64,000 nucleotides of DNA. It comes from Amoebophrya sp. A120. Taxonomy: Eukaryota > Protista > Dinoflagellata. A model generated the notes under the pieces. The model did not search any database. It was not told the origin of the DNA and saw nothing but the letters and a program-made list of their open reading frames with translations. The translations under genes were made by a program, and so were the position numbers. Of this stretch, positions 12,901 to 25,100 are shown piece by piece (positions within the stretch are counted from its first letter, which is position 1; each line of letters begins with the position of its first letter). The DNA is taken from assembly GCA_905178155.1 (NCBI GenBank), contig CAJINV010000003.1, forward strand, positions 5,401,700 to 5,465,699, given 5' to 3'.

Positions 12901-13966
12901 TGATGCTGCTGAACTAGCTAAACAGGATTACACTACGAGGAAAAACCTGTCATGCGAAACGACCAAAGTTGGCTGATTTGTCTAGCAGATTTTCCATCTT
13001 GACTCTGGTATGGGGACGGTTTTACTCAGGATAAGAGCTTCTTCCTCCTCATCGGAGTCAAGCAGATCGCCGAGCTCCGTATCCTGTGCAAAATTATCGT
13101 ACTCGTATGGCAATCATGCATTACAAATCTTTTTTTAAAGGTAAATTCGCATTACAAATTTTACTTCTCATGCTGAGGAAATTTGTAATGCATTTATACG
13201 AATACGATACTTTTGCAATGCATACTCCGGGCCGTCGTACAAACTCCGCGTCTTTCGGGCCTGCAGCTTAGCAGCCAAAATTTTCCGTTTCTCATCCGCC
13301 AACCACTGTGCGTATTCATCTGTCAGTTTTTTTCTGATTATTCACTTGATGGTCCTAGTACGCAGAAGCAGAAAATTCGAGTCGTCCTCGTCTCCTTTTT
13401 TAGTGAGTATATTACACACAGAGACACTGACACTGCTCGAAGCGGAAGCTGTACTATTAGTTACTTCTTGTTTTTACCTCTTGGTCACTTGTCTCTGTGT
13501 CATGGTGTACTTGATTCGTGTTCTCCGTAGTACTGGACGTAAAGAAAAAACGTGAAAAATTACAGGTAGGACGAGGCTATCTTCAAGTTCAAACTACGTA
13601 CATCTACATGTCCTTGTGTAAAAATAAAGCGACTACAAAGCGACTACCTCCGGGCTTAGCCGACTTTATCCTTTCTTCCACAAGTTTTTTTCGTCTTTCG
13701 AGCTTTTCTTCTCGCACACGAGCAGCATACTTTTGCTCCTCCTTACTAAGGGCGGACGTTTTCTCCGCCTGCCTCGCCTTCCTCGCGCTGCTTTTCTTCG
13801 CGGTTTTGCTACTGCTTTCCTGTGTCAATTCCACCTCGTCCGCAGAACCGTCGGGCTCAGAGGTGCTGCTGGCGCCCTCATCGCCTGGATCTTTTGCATC
13901 TCTGCCCTCATCGCCAGCCTTTTTTGCCGGACGTGCTCGGCCTTTTCGATTTCGCGGAGGTCCCAT
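10000..13966 (-). CDS. DnaJ (HPD) domain plus thioredoxin-like fold ER membrane protein (DNAJC16/ERdj-like), multi-exon
   Basis: DFYSVLDV...KKLALRWHPDKN J-domain; WVLQTYSEVDSACRSFHQM|WEEV Trx-like fold; C-terminal TM helices and DEDL; GT-AG intron 11801-12065 and two introners; first-exon junction not fully resolved. Confidence 0.8.
11801..12065 (-). other. Canonical GT-AG intron in the DnaJ gene
   Basis: ATG TG|GTAAG ... AATCAG|G GAA GAA gives MWEE in frame. Confidence 0.8.
12755..13033. mobile_element. Introner family A (TIR TATCCTGAGTAAAAAC.TACCCACACCAGAGT)
   Basis: TSD AGAGC at 12750-54 and 13034-38; spliced EEEEAL|GGKP. Confidence 0.9.
13080..13224. mobile_element. Introner family B
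   Basis: TSD CTCCG at 13075-79 and 13225-29; spliced YDGPE|LGDLL. Confidence 0.9.
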
Positions 13967-14232
13967 GTAATGTCAGAGTTTGAATTAGTAGTTAAAAAGA
14001 GAAAATAAGACACTCGGCGGAAACTTTCGAAAACTTCAATAGGATCAAAAAATGTATCGTATGTTCGTTGACATCAACCAACCTTTCATCGAAACGATTT
14101 CAAGTCATGCCTGTAGTCTGCTGTAAGAAACAAGACTCAAGTAGAGTCCGAACAAGTTCTACAAACATCTTCTCTGTAGTCTGTTGCTGCACCATCTTCA
14201 TCTACTGGCGCGCAATCAAAATGTAAACGGAT

Positions 14233-14707
14233 TAAGGATGGAAAACTGCAAAATGTTTCATACCTATATACCCCAAAAATGGGCCGCATATTTTCAAAAT
14301 GGGCCGCATATTTTCGAAATTGGTCCACATAGGCACTTCTAGCACGCGGCAAACATCTGGGTTGCTTTTTTTGGCGTCCCCACTAGCACGATCCGACCGT
14401 GCTAGTGGGGACGCCAAAAAAAGCAGCCCAGCTGGTTGCCTCATGCTTTTGGAACCTATGCGGGCCAATTTCGAATTATGCGGCTCATTTTTTGGATATA
14501 TATTCACTTTTTCGCCCGCAGAGGTTCTAAAAGCGCGCGGCAACCAGCTGGGTTGCTTTTTTTGGCGCCCCCACTAACACGGTCCGACCGTGCTAGTGGG
14601 GACGCCAAAAAATGCAAAGAATGATCGCCATCGTGCTCGTAACCAGTGCCCGACCGTGCTAGCTAGTACTTTATAGGTATGAAACTTTTCTACATTTTCC
14701 ATCCCTA
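14233..14707. mobile_element. hAT-like MITE with 8-bp TSD and internal palindromes
   Basis: TIR TA(A/G)GGATGGAAAA...TTTCATACCTATA (~36 bp, similar to Ac TAGGGATGAAA); TSD AAACGGAT at 14225-32 and 14708-15; two internal hairpins CCCCACTAGCACG..CGTGCTAGTGGGG. Confidence 0.8.
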
Positions 14708-15398
14708 AAACGGATGTGGAAACAGATCCAAATGATACGTAACTCACGCATCTCATCAGATCCTGATGAGCGAGGTAAGTTCAAGTTCTATCTCGTCTGG
14801 AAGGTACCGACATGGCAATATCAGCACCTTGATCTTACCACCCTAAAAGATCTTTATTTCGGCGGAAGAACAATCTTCACTTCTGAGAAGTTCTCGCATC
14901 CACACGCTATGCATGATCAATCTGAAGGTCCAGTTTGGAGAAAACACAAACAGGGCTTCAAGCGAAAACCGATGAACTCCTGTTGTTTCGAAGAGGCGAG
15001 CTTTGCGGGGAAAGATCTTGATCTTGATCTTCACTCGGACTATCCTGAAGTAATTGTAATTATATTGCGCAAGATAAGGAACACGTGCTCTGGATTCTTC
15101 CTGTGCAGCCACACGACGGCTGACTGTAGACGGCTTCTGACGTTATTCTCTTGTTTCTTCAGTACGCAGAAGTAGAAGAGTATGTTGTAGTAGTACAGCT
15201 ACATACTTACATGCATCATACAAGAAATAAACAGTTGTTGCGAGTGGAACGACGAAACGATAGCATTAGCAATTAGGCAGGCACACACACGTACAGCATA
15301 TTTCAAATTCAACAGCGTCAGCCAATAGTTCTTGAGGTGCAACATGCGTCTTCACGGAACTAGCGCTCGTGGTCCCGCACTCAACATTCAGGACCCTG

Positions 15399-18300
15399 CT
15401 AGCCCGCATATCGAATGCGTGGCAAGCCGTCCTCTGGTAGCTCATACCATGGCTGCTTACTAAGACAGCAGATGTGGATGGCTCGCGCGAGCTTGGAGGT
15501 TACAAACTCATACTTTTCGAGACGGGAATCACCCGGGATACTGCTATCGTCATAGCTCCCGGCTGCGATCCAAACCACCCCGGGCTGCGAGTCGTACACG
15601 ATCGAGAGCACCGTGCCACACTTGCGACAGACATGCCGAGAGCCCCATTGCGAAGTTCTGTCTAGCAGCAATGGGGACTCCTGCTCGTTTACTACATCTC
15701 CGAAGCCGTCTGTGACATTCCAAACAAGTCCCTCTACAACAGCTGCACCAGCACCAGTCGTACCCGCTACAGTTTTGCTGTTGCCTGCGGCAAGAGCCGC
15801 GCTCGGATTTGCAGTCAGTACGGGCGCCCATGTTTGGAAGAGTCCGCCACTTAATTTCCTGCACCATGAGCAGTAGCAATGCTGCAACTCCCGAGGAAAA
15901 GTGCCGTATATGTGGTACCTACATGCCCCACAATAACACCCGCCGGTGACCACCTCCGCTCCCTCACCCGAAGAATCTTTCGACGCGGATCTGTTTTCTG
16001 ACTTCGACAAAGTTCGATCGGTCCCTGTGCTGCTTGAGGCTCTTTCCATCACATTCGCCATAGAGGTCTCATTTGCTGTACTTCTTCCGCCGCTGGCACG
16101 TCGCCCCAGAAGAACAGCATCGCTCTTCCTTTTTTCACTCGCCGCCCGCAGGGCTTCGGCCGTTTGCCCGTACCAAGGCGCGCGGCGCTCGTATTGCAAA
16201 TCCACAATCGGGTTGTCGAGCGAGCCCAATTTGATCAACTGTGGCCACAGATCCGGCGCCGGAATGCGGCCCTTGCGCGCGTCGGAGTAATCGCCATCAT
16301 CGATTAGCCCACCCGACACGAAAAACCCGCGCTCGGGAACTAGCAGCCCAAGGGTGGAGTGGCAGTTGCGACACAACCACTTCTCTTGTACTAGAGAAAA
16401 AAAGTACACCCGTACCGAGAGAAAAAAATTGAGATGTGTTGCGAATTTTTTCGTGGTGCCACAAGGACTTTCTTATTTTGGCTGTAGTTCGGGATGACAA
16501 ACTTTTTCGCCACAACCGCGGCCCCTGTAATCGCCAAAGCCAAACCGCATTATCCATTTGATTTGTCCAAGCGGCACTGTGCATAACAGAAAACTGCCTC
16601 TTTTCTGGTTTCCGCATTGCAGCGTTTCGGTTTTCAGCGCTCAGCAGGGCCAATTGGCATTTATATTTATAGCAAAACAAATTTATGTCGTGGTACGACT
16701 GCACGTTTCTGTGAAATATCTCCGCTGTTCCGCTTTCCACCAGCCCGTCGCACCGCACGGAAATCTTGCGCACCAGGTTTCTTTACACTGAGTAAAAGCC
16801 TCCTTACCCCAGATTTTGTCTTCATGGTCAAAAACGAGGCGCAACACACTTTTCTTCCCCCCTTACCCTATGCTGCAGATGGCATGAAAAACACGCAGGT
16901 GAGGTGGGCGAGACTTGTTTTGGCGCAAAAGCACATGCACATGCTCAGGATGTTTCCCACCCGCGGCTCTCTAGAAGAGGCATTTTCTCGTAGCGTTGGT
17001 TTAGGAATGATCTGCCATGCGTGAATTAGGATAATAACGTGAAGTTGCGATGCATCTGGAGTAGTCCGTAGGCACGACTATACTGCATTATAGCGAAACT
17101 TGTTCTGCGTGGGTCCCACAAGTTCTGGATTCGTCTTGCAGATGAACACAATCCCTATATATAAGTATAAACAGCATCTTCAATCTTGACTTTTATCTTC
17201 ATGGAGTGAGGACGTTTTATTCAATCAGGATATCTTCTTGTCCATATTCGGCAGATGCACGTCCTTCTCCATCTCGAACCCCGTGGGGCCGCGTATCCTG
17301 AGTAAAAAGGTACCCACACCAGAGTTGTAATGCAGATTTGCAAAGACAGGAAGACTTGTAATGCGCATCCCCCTGACAGCCATTTCCAATCGCGTTTTTG
17401 AATTCGTGATGCTGTGAACAGGATGAGAAGAGAATCTGTGATGCGGCTGCACTTGCTAACCTGCACTACACTGCATAGCGCAACTTGTCATGCGTGACTC
17501 ACAAAACTCCTAGGTTTGTGTTGCAAAATCCCCATCCTGACTCTGGTGTGGGTACGTTTTTACTCGTCAGGATACCGCGGCGCGCGAGCTCATCTGCGGA
17601 GAAGGCAATGTCTCGCATCCCCTTGTAGAGGTTAGAGCTGTAACACCCGTTAGCATGAGAAGTTGCGAATTTGTAGTGAATTTTGCATGACAAATTGCAG
17701 GTGGGTCCGCCGGTACATTGTTCCTCTTGCCCTTCTGGGAAGTGGGTTCTGCACACCGCAGAAGTTGTCCAGGCTTATGCGGCGGGCAGCTTCTTCTAGA
17801 CATGGCCTTGGTGCCGTTCTTTGGCCATAGCCATACAATTTCGTCTCCCTGTGCTCGCATAAGAGCACTGCAACAGCCGCGGCAAAGACGCCAAAAATAA
17901 GGGCTCCGGAGCACATACAATTACGCAAGACGAAGGCCGCGCGAAGGCAAGGGCGAAAGGACGAGGCCGAGAGCTTTGGCGCTTCTATCCGGCAGGCGCG
18001 TGAACTCTCCCGGCCTTTTCGGCAGAATATAGACGGGCCGAGGGCAGCAGAGGGCGCTTGTCTTTTCCCCTCGGTCCCACTTCCCAGGCCCTACCTGTGC
18101 ACTTTTTTGAGCACTTTTCTGCGCTAAAGTTTGCTTATTACGGTCGAAACTGGGGGCCCGGTGAATTTTGAGGTGAATTTTGAAAAAGCCGTGGGTGAAT
18201 TTTGGCCCAAGGTGCCTATTCAAAATTCGCTAACGCACGAGAAACTCCGGGTTTTGGGGCTTCAAAAAAGTGTCGCCAAAACAAAAAGCCCCAAAATTCA

Positions 18301-19045
18301 CCAAGAGAATTCCTAACCTGGGGGTCACGTCGAAAAGGCTGCTGTGGCTGTGTGGGCCGCAAACGAGCAGCCCTTCACGCTGCGTGGGCTGCTTGGGCTC
18401 GTGTCCAGCCCTTTGCGCTGCGTACTTCTCTTTTAAAGCAATAAATGCAATACAAATTCACTGCAAATTCACCCTTCTGTACGCTAACGACCGTCCAAGG
18501 CATAGTCTCGTGCGAGAGCTCATCTGCGGATAAGGCAATGTCTCGCATCCCCTATGAAAGCCTCAGAATGGAAATCCTCAAAGTGTGATGCATGAAATGC
18601 AAGGCAAAAAAGACTGTATTGCAGAGGACACAATGGAGACCGACTATTGTCCTGCTAGGGGTTCAGAATTGGGCTACTGATTAGCACGAGAGAAGGGCAC
18701 CCCTTTGCCTACCTAGCATGACAGGCATGCTTTGAGTGCCCGGAAAATTTGTCATGCGCCGACTAGAAATGGCGCTTCAACTGGAGTCGTTTTTTTGCAT
18801 TACAAATCATTTCCACTTTGAGGATTTCCAACCTGAGGCTTTCATATCCCCTTGTAGAGGTAGACACCCCAAGCCGCGGCCGAGTGCTTGCGGCACTGTG
18901 CGCAGTGGCAAGCGAGCATCAGCACATCGTCCGGGCTGGCCACTTGCACCGTTAAAGTGTTCGCGTAGCATTTGCAGCTCGCCTGCAGTCGCACGGGTTC
19001 TTCACCATTGTGTTCTATAGATTTCATCTGCTGTGTTCCTTCCAA
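15399..19045 (-). CDS. Tandem double GFA/CENP-V (glutathione-dependent formaldehyde-activating) Zn-domain protein, multi-exon
   Basis: Domain 1: SCKC...CHCAQCRK...EKWLCRNCHS, assembled across introners; domain 2: GGCYCG...HCYCSWCRK...RHVCRKCGT. Confidence 0.8.
16387..16718. mobile_element. Degenerate introner
   Basis: Weak TIR (GTACACCCGTACC vs GTGCAGTCGTACC); TSD TCTCT/TCTCC; spliced SGTAE|KWLCRNC restores the GFA motif. Confidence 0.65.
16784..17232. mobile_element. Degenerate introner family A
   Basis: TACACTGAGTAAAA ... TCAGGATA ends; imperfect TSD; removal plus 5 nt gives MDKK|NLVRKISV. Confidence 0.65.
17294..17574. mobile_element. Introner family A
   Basis: TSD CCGCG at 17289-93 and 17575-79; spliced LARRG|PTGFE. 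Confidence 0.9.
17633..18504. mobile_element. ~870-bp TIR element lying between two copies of a 51-bp exon duplication
   Basis: TIR CGTTAGC.T..AGAAG..GAATTTG.AGTGAATTT near both ends; no 5-bp TSD; flanked by duplicated exon sequence. Confidence 0.6.
18553..18846. mobile_element. Introner, family I-like (TIR TATGAAAGCCTCAG..TGGAAATCCTCAAAGTG)
   Basis: TSD TCCCC at 18548-52 and 18847-51; empty-site copy at 17582-17632. Confidence 0.92.
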
Positions 19046-20245
19046 ATAATATGAGAATCAGGGATGTAGAAGTTTTTATATCTTATTCTTTCCCAGGACT
19101 TTTCTAAAAGGGCCAAGAAGTAGTGCGACAGCGAAAGCACAAGCAGCTAGTAGTTCTGCTGCAGATAAAAATATCATGTCACGGAGACCTGAAATTTCGT
19201 CGATGCTATGTGAGGCGTATCACCCTTGCAAACGGGCTATCTTGTTGTGACCGTCACCTCTGCGCTTGCGACTTCTAAATTTGATGCTTTTCGATGCTGG
19301 TGCTGGTGCAGCTACTTTTGCATTACAGTGCGCGTCCGTACATACATAGCAGTCAGTAAACGCGGCCACCTGTATTGTTCATTTTAGTCTTTGTAGCAGC
19401 CAGATGAATGCTGCAGTTCCAGCTTCAGCAATTATCAGTCTGTTGCACTTGCAACTTCTACGCAGCTCGACAAATAATTTGCGCTTTTTTCATTTTTGAT
19501 TTCAACTTATACCGAAGAACTTGATGTGGTCTAAACAAACAAACCGACGGACGGCGACAAACAGGGTGGCATCTGCGTCATCTTCGCAGAACTGAAATGA
19601 CGTGGATGTGAAGACATCACCACTGCTACAATACTGCACCGGATTTGAAGCATGTACTTGAACTTCAACGTACAGAAGATTCAGATACTCTTCCACACAC
19701 TGCAACTGCACAAGTAGAGTGAGAATCAAGAGCATATATGCGGTTCTGCTATCTGTGAACATTCGATGGAAATCGCACACGAGTTCCCCTGTTACCCGTT
19801 TTTAACCTCCTTCAGTAGTTCGCATACAGAAGCTCACATGATTGACAACTTTGTTTTTTTTTCTAGTCGCCTCGATACTCTGGTAACTAGGAATTTCTAT
19901 TCGGTATAGGCGCACAGGAGGCAGCAGTTTCAGTCTGCTTGTCGTGCCAGCATTTTACACACTGTGAGAATAGCCGAAAGTGTTTGTTGTGATGTTTTTC
20001 ATTTCGTCCATCATACATCATTGGTTTGACTGGGACTGGTTTGTGGATTTAGAGGTTTCATGACATCACTTTTCCGTCTAAGTCCTCATACTCGTCGTGC
20101 ATTGAAATTTATACCTTTTCACTTACTACACTTTTTTTTTCCTGTCTCAATCGATATTAATCTGCATCTGCTAGAGCCTGGAAAGGATCGATTATGGAGA
20201 ACCACCATCAAAATTATTGTCTGGACCTTCAGCTTCACCCTGAAT

Positions 20246-21404
20246 TACACAAGCGAAATATGCCCCCGCCCCCGGAAATCAGCAATTCTGGGGTGCTTAG
20301 GAGGCACCCCATCTGGTGCTTAGGAAGCACCCCATCTGGTGCTTAAGCGCGTCGCACTAGAGCCGCGCGCTTTATTAGAGTCAACATCTCACGCGTGGCT
20401 GAAGAGTCAGCCTGCGCTCAATGAAAAAGAGGAGCGGGGCATCTCTACTGCCCCAGGCCGAAGGTTCCATCGCCATAGACACACACCCAAACCACCTCGA
20501 TCGGACCATGGTGACTATGGGGCCTGTATTTTATTACTTAGCTAGAGCGTTGCGATTCCGAGTCTAGCACTTCTACTGCTCTTCTTTATACTTATTATGC
20601 CTGTCTTCGGCAAGTAATTAAATCCTAGTTCGAAGCTGGCTCTCGAGCAAGCTTTTAGCTTTTGGCGCGGTCATGCACAGAAACGAAATCTGGGAAAAGC
20701 TCGACGGGCGAGTCCAATTATGGATCGGCGAATGCGGGCGATCCGGGTGTTACATAGCCACCCGATCTGCCGGAATCCGGCGGCGCAAAAGGAGCCGACT
20801 TTGCGGCTGTCGAATCGGGCCTGTAGCATGCGGATTCCTTTTAGAAAAGCCGCGAGCTTTTGCAGCGCCAGATCCCGGCAGACCGGGCGTTTATGTGACA
20901 CCCGGATCGGCGGACTTGCCGCATCTGGCGAGTGCAGCGCTCACCTTTTGGCGCCTGCATGCAAAAACCCCACATGCGTGCTGCAAAATGTCACAAGTGG
21001 AGCGCTCGCATGCCTACGATACCACGGCGCTCAGGGTGTGAGGTTGGCTCATCGCCGGCATGGATCGTCTTTGCTCCCTGAGCAGATGGCCATCATCCCA
21101 TGAGCTTGAGGCCGCGCAGCTTACTGCGTTTTTGTGCATCGCAGCGCCGTGCGTTATATTTTTGCCCTTGGTCGAGAGGTAACAAATGGAACGGGCCAGG
21201 AGATTTTGTTTCCGCTAGTCAAGCAAGGCTATTTGCCCGCCTGGCCGGGACCAGGAGCCTACCTTCTTGCCCCTAGGGCTCGAAGTTCGGGCTCCCGCGG
21301 TATCAAAGGGGCAGATGGGGTGCTTCCTAAGCACCAGATGGGGTGCCTCCTAAGCACCCCAGAATTGCTGATTTCCGGGGGCGGGGGCATATTTCGCTTG
21401 TGTA
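20246..21404. mobile_element. 1159-bp TIR element with near-perfect ~92-bp TIRs
   Basis: TACACAAGCGAAATATGCCCCCG... / ...CATATTTCGCTTGTGTA; TSD TGAAT at 20241-45 and 21405-09; no transposase ORF; host context unclear. Confidence 0.9.
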
Positions 21405-22156
21405 TGAATGGCCCAACATTTAATGAACCCTATTGCTATCAACAACTGTGTCTTCATTAATGAAAGTTCTTTTCAACTGTAAAAATGCTTTTCAACTCTA
21501 TCAGCAGGAAACGAGGATTGACGCCAGGCATTTGACTTTCATCGCACCGCCGGACTACCGAGGCGTAAAAATCCGTGGCGTCACACGTATACCGGCTGCC
21601 CGATCATTGTGTTGACTCAGACGCGTAGGCCTCCGTGCCCATGGAGGAACGGGCGGCCCGACGGCTGCAGCTGCTACCGAGCCAGCCCCCGACGCTACCG
21701 CCCTGTATCGAATGAAAACATACTCGCCCCTGAGCAAAGTAGCATGCTGGCGTCTTTTTACTAGAACCTACGAATCAACAATGCTCTTTAACAGGACTAC
21801 ACCGCAACGAATGTATGACTGTAAATAATAACTGTTCCGTGGCGATAACGTAGGCTCGCCGGCACAAATGTGCTAGCTGCTCAGGGTTCTTGATTCGAAG
21901 GGATACATACGAACCACCTCGTTGTCCCAACGCCCTTCGTGCCGGTAAGTGTCCATGAACACGAGCCCCTCGGGGATCGCTAGCGTGCATTTGTATTCGC
22001 CAATAATTTCGTCCATGAAGAGAGAGAAACTCGCAGCAAGCAAAATTTCTTTTTGCTGCAAGCAGCACATACTATCAAATCAACTTTTTTTGAACGCCTA
22101 CTAAAAACATCCTAGCCTTGATTTTCCTAGAGTCAAAAGACAGCAGAATGTAGTAG

Positions 22157-25100
22157 TTACCCGGCCACCACTACTGAGCGATGCGCACTGTACTGACTTT
22201 TCATGTTCGATGCCTGCTGGTTCGCTGGTTTTATTGCTCCTATGGGGGCTGCCCCTGGCCCTGCTCCTCCAACCAAAACAGGGCATCTCGCTGACTGCTG
22301 AGTGGGCGACGAGGATTTTTGTGGGGATCGGATCTTGGTTCGCCGCACCTCGGCTTCCAGCCAAGAACCGTATGCTCTGCAAAAGTATCGGGCATGTACT
22401 AATCGCATCTTCCTTGCAATACAATTACAAGTTTAAATTGCTTAGTGCTTACTTTATTCTCAAGTCCGAGTTACAAATTTCATTTCTCAAGCTGAGGAAA
22501 AAATTTGTCATGCGGTTTATACTCGTGCGATACTTTTGCAGTGCATATACCGGGCTTCGCGTCGATTTGGATGTCGTTCGTGACCGGGTCAACGTCAGTG
22601 ACTCTGGTGCGAACCCACTGCCTGTGCGTGTCTGACCAGTATTCCAACAGGTCCCCGACTTGATGTTGGTGGTACGCGACCACACTTGGCGGAGGCGAGG
22701 CTCCACCAGCAGAATCCTCACAGCTCGCCGACGAAAGAACGGCACTGCCACCACCTTCTCTACCTACCACGTTCATCTTTATCGGCGGCACTCCACCGGC
22801 AGGAGGTGCTGCAGCGGACCCACGGGGACGACCACCCCTGCCTGGTGTACTAACCGGCCCGCGTGGTGTGGAAGACGCGCCTCCAGGAGCTGCAGCTCCA
22901 CCGGCGCTCGGCAGCTGCGCAGCCGGGCGCTGATTTTCCTTGTTGTCCTGGACGGAATGCACGGCCGCCTGGTGCCACCTCTTATTTCTCGGCGTGGGAA
23001 ATATTAAACCTCCCCCCGATCCCGCCGCGGAGGAAGCTGGTGGATCTCCTGCCCCCTGCTCTAGTACTGCGTGCACCAGTTTGTTCTTGGAGCTACTAGA
23101 TGAGGACGAAGAAGCCGTCGTCGAGGAGGAGGTACAACCGGTAGCCGAGTCTGACTTGGAGGCTCCATTGCGGTTGCCGCCACTTCTGCGATCCATCTGA
23201 TCATCCGCTGCCGCATTCCGGTCCTTCTTCAGAATCCGGTCCTCCAACTCGGGATCCAGGCCTGTCGGCAGGTTCTGCTCTGTCATCCACTGCAGCTCCA
23301 AGGCGAAAACTGGTCTGGAGAGCTGTTTTTGGCAGTACTAGAGTTGGGACTGCTCTTGATGACTCTTACTTCTTGGCGTTGACTTTTAATCTGCAAAAAG
23401 TTTGGCCCTTCGCGTTGTTCTCAACGCAACAAGACGCTACGGGCAGAGGACGTTGGGTCAAGAACTACGAGTTGTTGTAGCTACGGGGGCTCGTGGGCAC
23501 CCGAAATTTCAAATTTCGTACGATATTTAGCATTTGGATTTGCATCCCCATTTTTATTGTCGGCTAAATACCTCGTCCTCCAGGAACTTTTTCTTATACT
23601 TAAATTCCACATCTTAATAATCTTTTGAATCAAATTAGAGCTCGATGCTGAAATCGTTGTTACGCTAGCTCGTACCAATTCTTCGGCTGTTATCCTGGAG
23701 AAAAAAATCACACTTCTTTTGACATACATATACAACCTGCTCAGCCTGCCTGTTGTTCTTCGGACGCTTCGTATCGCATTGCGTTTATTCTTCAACAACC
23801 ACGGAGCCGAACAGTGAGGGAAACCCACATGCCCACGTGACAAAAATAGTACAACGATGAACTAGCAGAGTAGAAGGCAGAGTCTGTTGGTCAGGGCTGG
23901 CAAGCGAATGCCAATAGATTAGCGTAAGTAGCCTCATCCAGCATATCTCGTGGGCGCCGCCGCGGGTCCTTGCAAAACATCAGGTTGATGGCGCACCGCA
24001 AGTCGGACGAGAAAGTGGCTGGTAGCGTAGGGGCAGGGTATTCTCGGATTTTTCGGCACAATGCATGCACGTCAGCGTATGGTGGAAAAGCTAACGATCT
24101 ACAAAGCGGACGCAAGCACCACAACAAAGTTCATTGCAGCTAAACGTAGTACTGCTCCTGCAATTCTGTCACCGTTGAACACATGCGAGACGAAATTCGT
24201 ATGACATTAGAACTAGAAAGTGTAAGTGCTGCACAAACCGCTTGCAAGTACGTTTCTGTTTCCCTCACATACCGGGGCGTCATAGGGCACCTTGAGAACC
24301 ATCAACTCGTAGGCGAGACAACCGAGCGACCAGATGTCGGCGCTGAACGAGTACTCTTTATTTTCGCAGATCTTATGGTAGTGTCAGGATTGAAATGGTC
24401 AAAGTTGAAATAGTTTGCGATGCATGAAATGCAACCCACAAAGCGCCTGTCTTGCAGAGTGGGCAAGGGAGGCAGATTGTAAGCCTGGCGAGGGGTAGAA
24501 ATAGAGCTGCTGAAGTAGCATGACAAAAGGCGTCACTCTTACCCAAACAGCATTACAAACTGGATTCAGACACCGCCAAAATTTGTCATGCGCCACTTAG
24601 AAACTGGGTCCCAACTGGCATCCATTTTATGCATGACAAATAATTTCAACTTTGTTGATTTCAAACCTGACGCATCCATAGATCTCCGGGGAGATGTAGT
24701 ACGGCGTTCCGATCTGTGTTCGTGCGTGGTCTACCGTTGATCCCAAGCACTTCGAAACTGGTGATAATTTGGAAGTTTTCTTTCTTATCTATGAGCAACA
24801 TCTACTTCAACATGATCACGACTGTAGTACCGTCCCTGTAGTTGTAAAATGTACCGTACTAGTACTTCCTGTAGAAGAAACTCATTGCTCAACTAGAACT
24901 TCGACGCTCGTCCCACTTTTTTGGTGAAGACGTACGTGGGGACGACCGAGAGTTTTAGCCAGTGACATTGAGCACGCAGTAAAGATGTCATCATTTTGAT
25001 TTCTTTTTCCTGTCCGAAGGTAGATGACAGGTGCAAAAGACAACAAGTACAAATAAAGTTGTAGTTGTACACGTTGTTTAGATACTATACTTACTATACT

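Noticed and set aside
19050-22100. Additional gene around the 20246-21404 element
   Set aside because: Only short motif-less ORFs; no exon chain could be supported
23490-23955. 9-bp direct repeat CTCGTGGGC as boundaries of another intron in the NEK gene
   Set aside because: No TIR found and I could not establish an in-frame join
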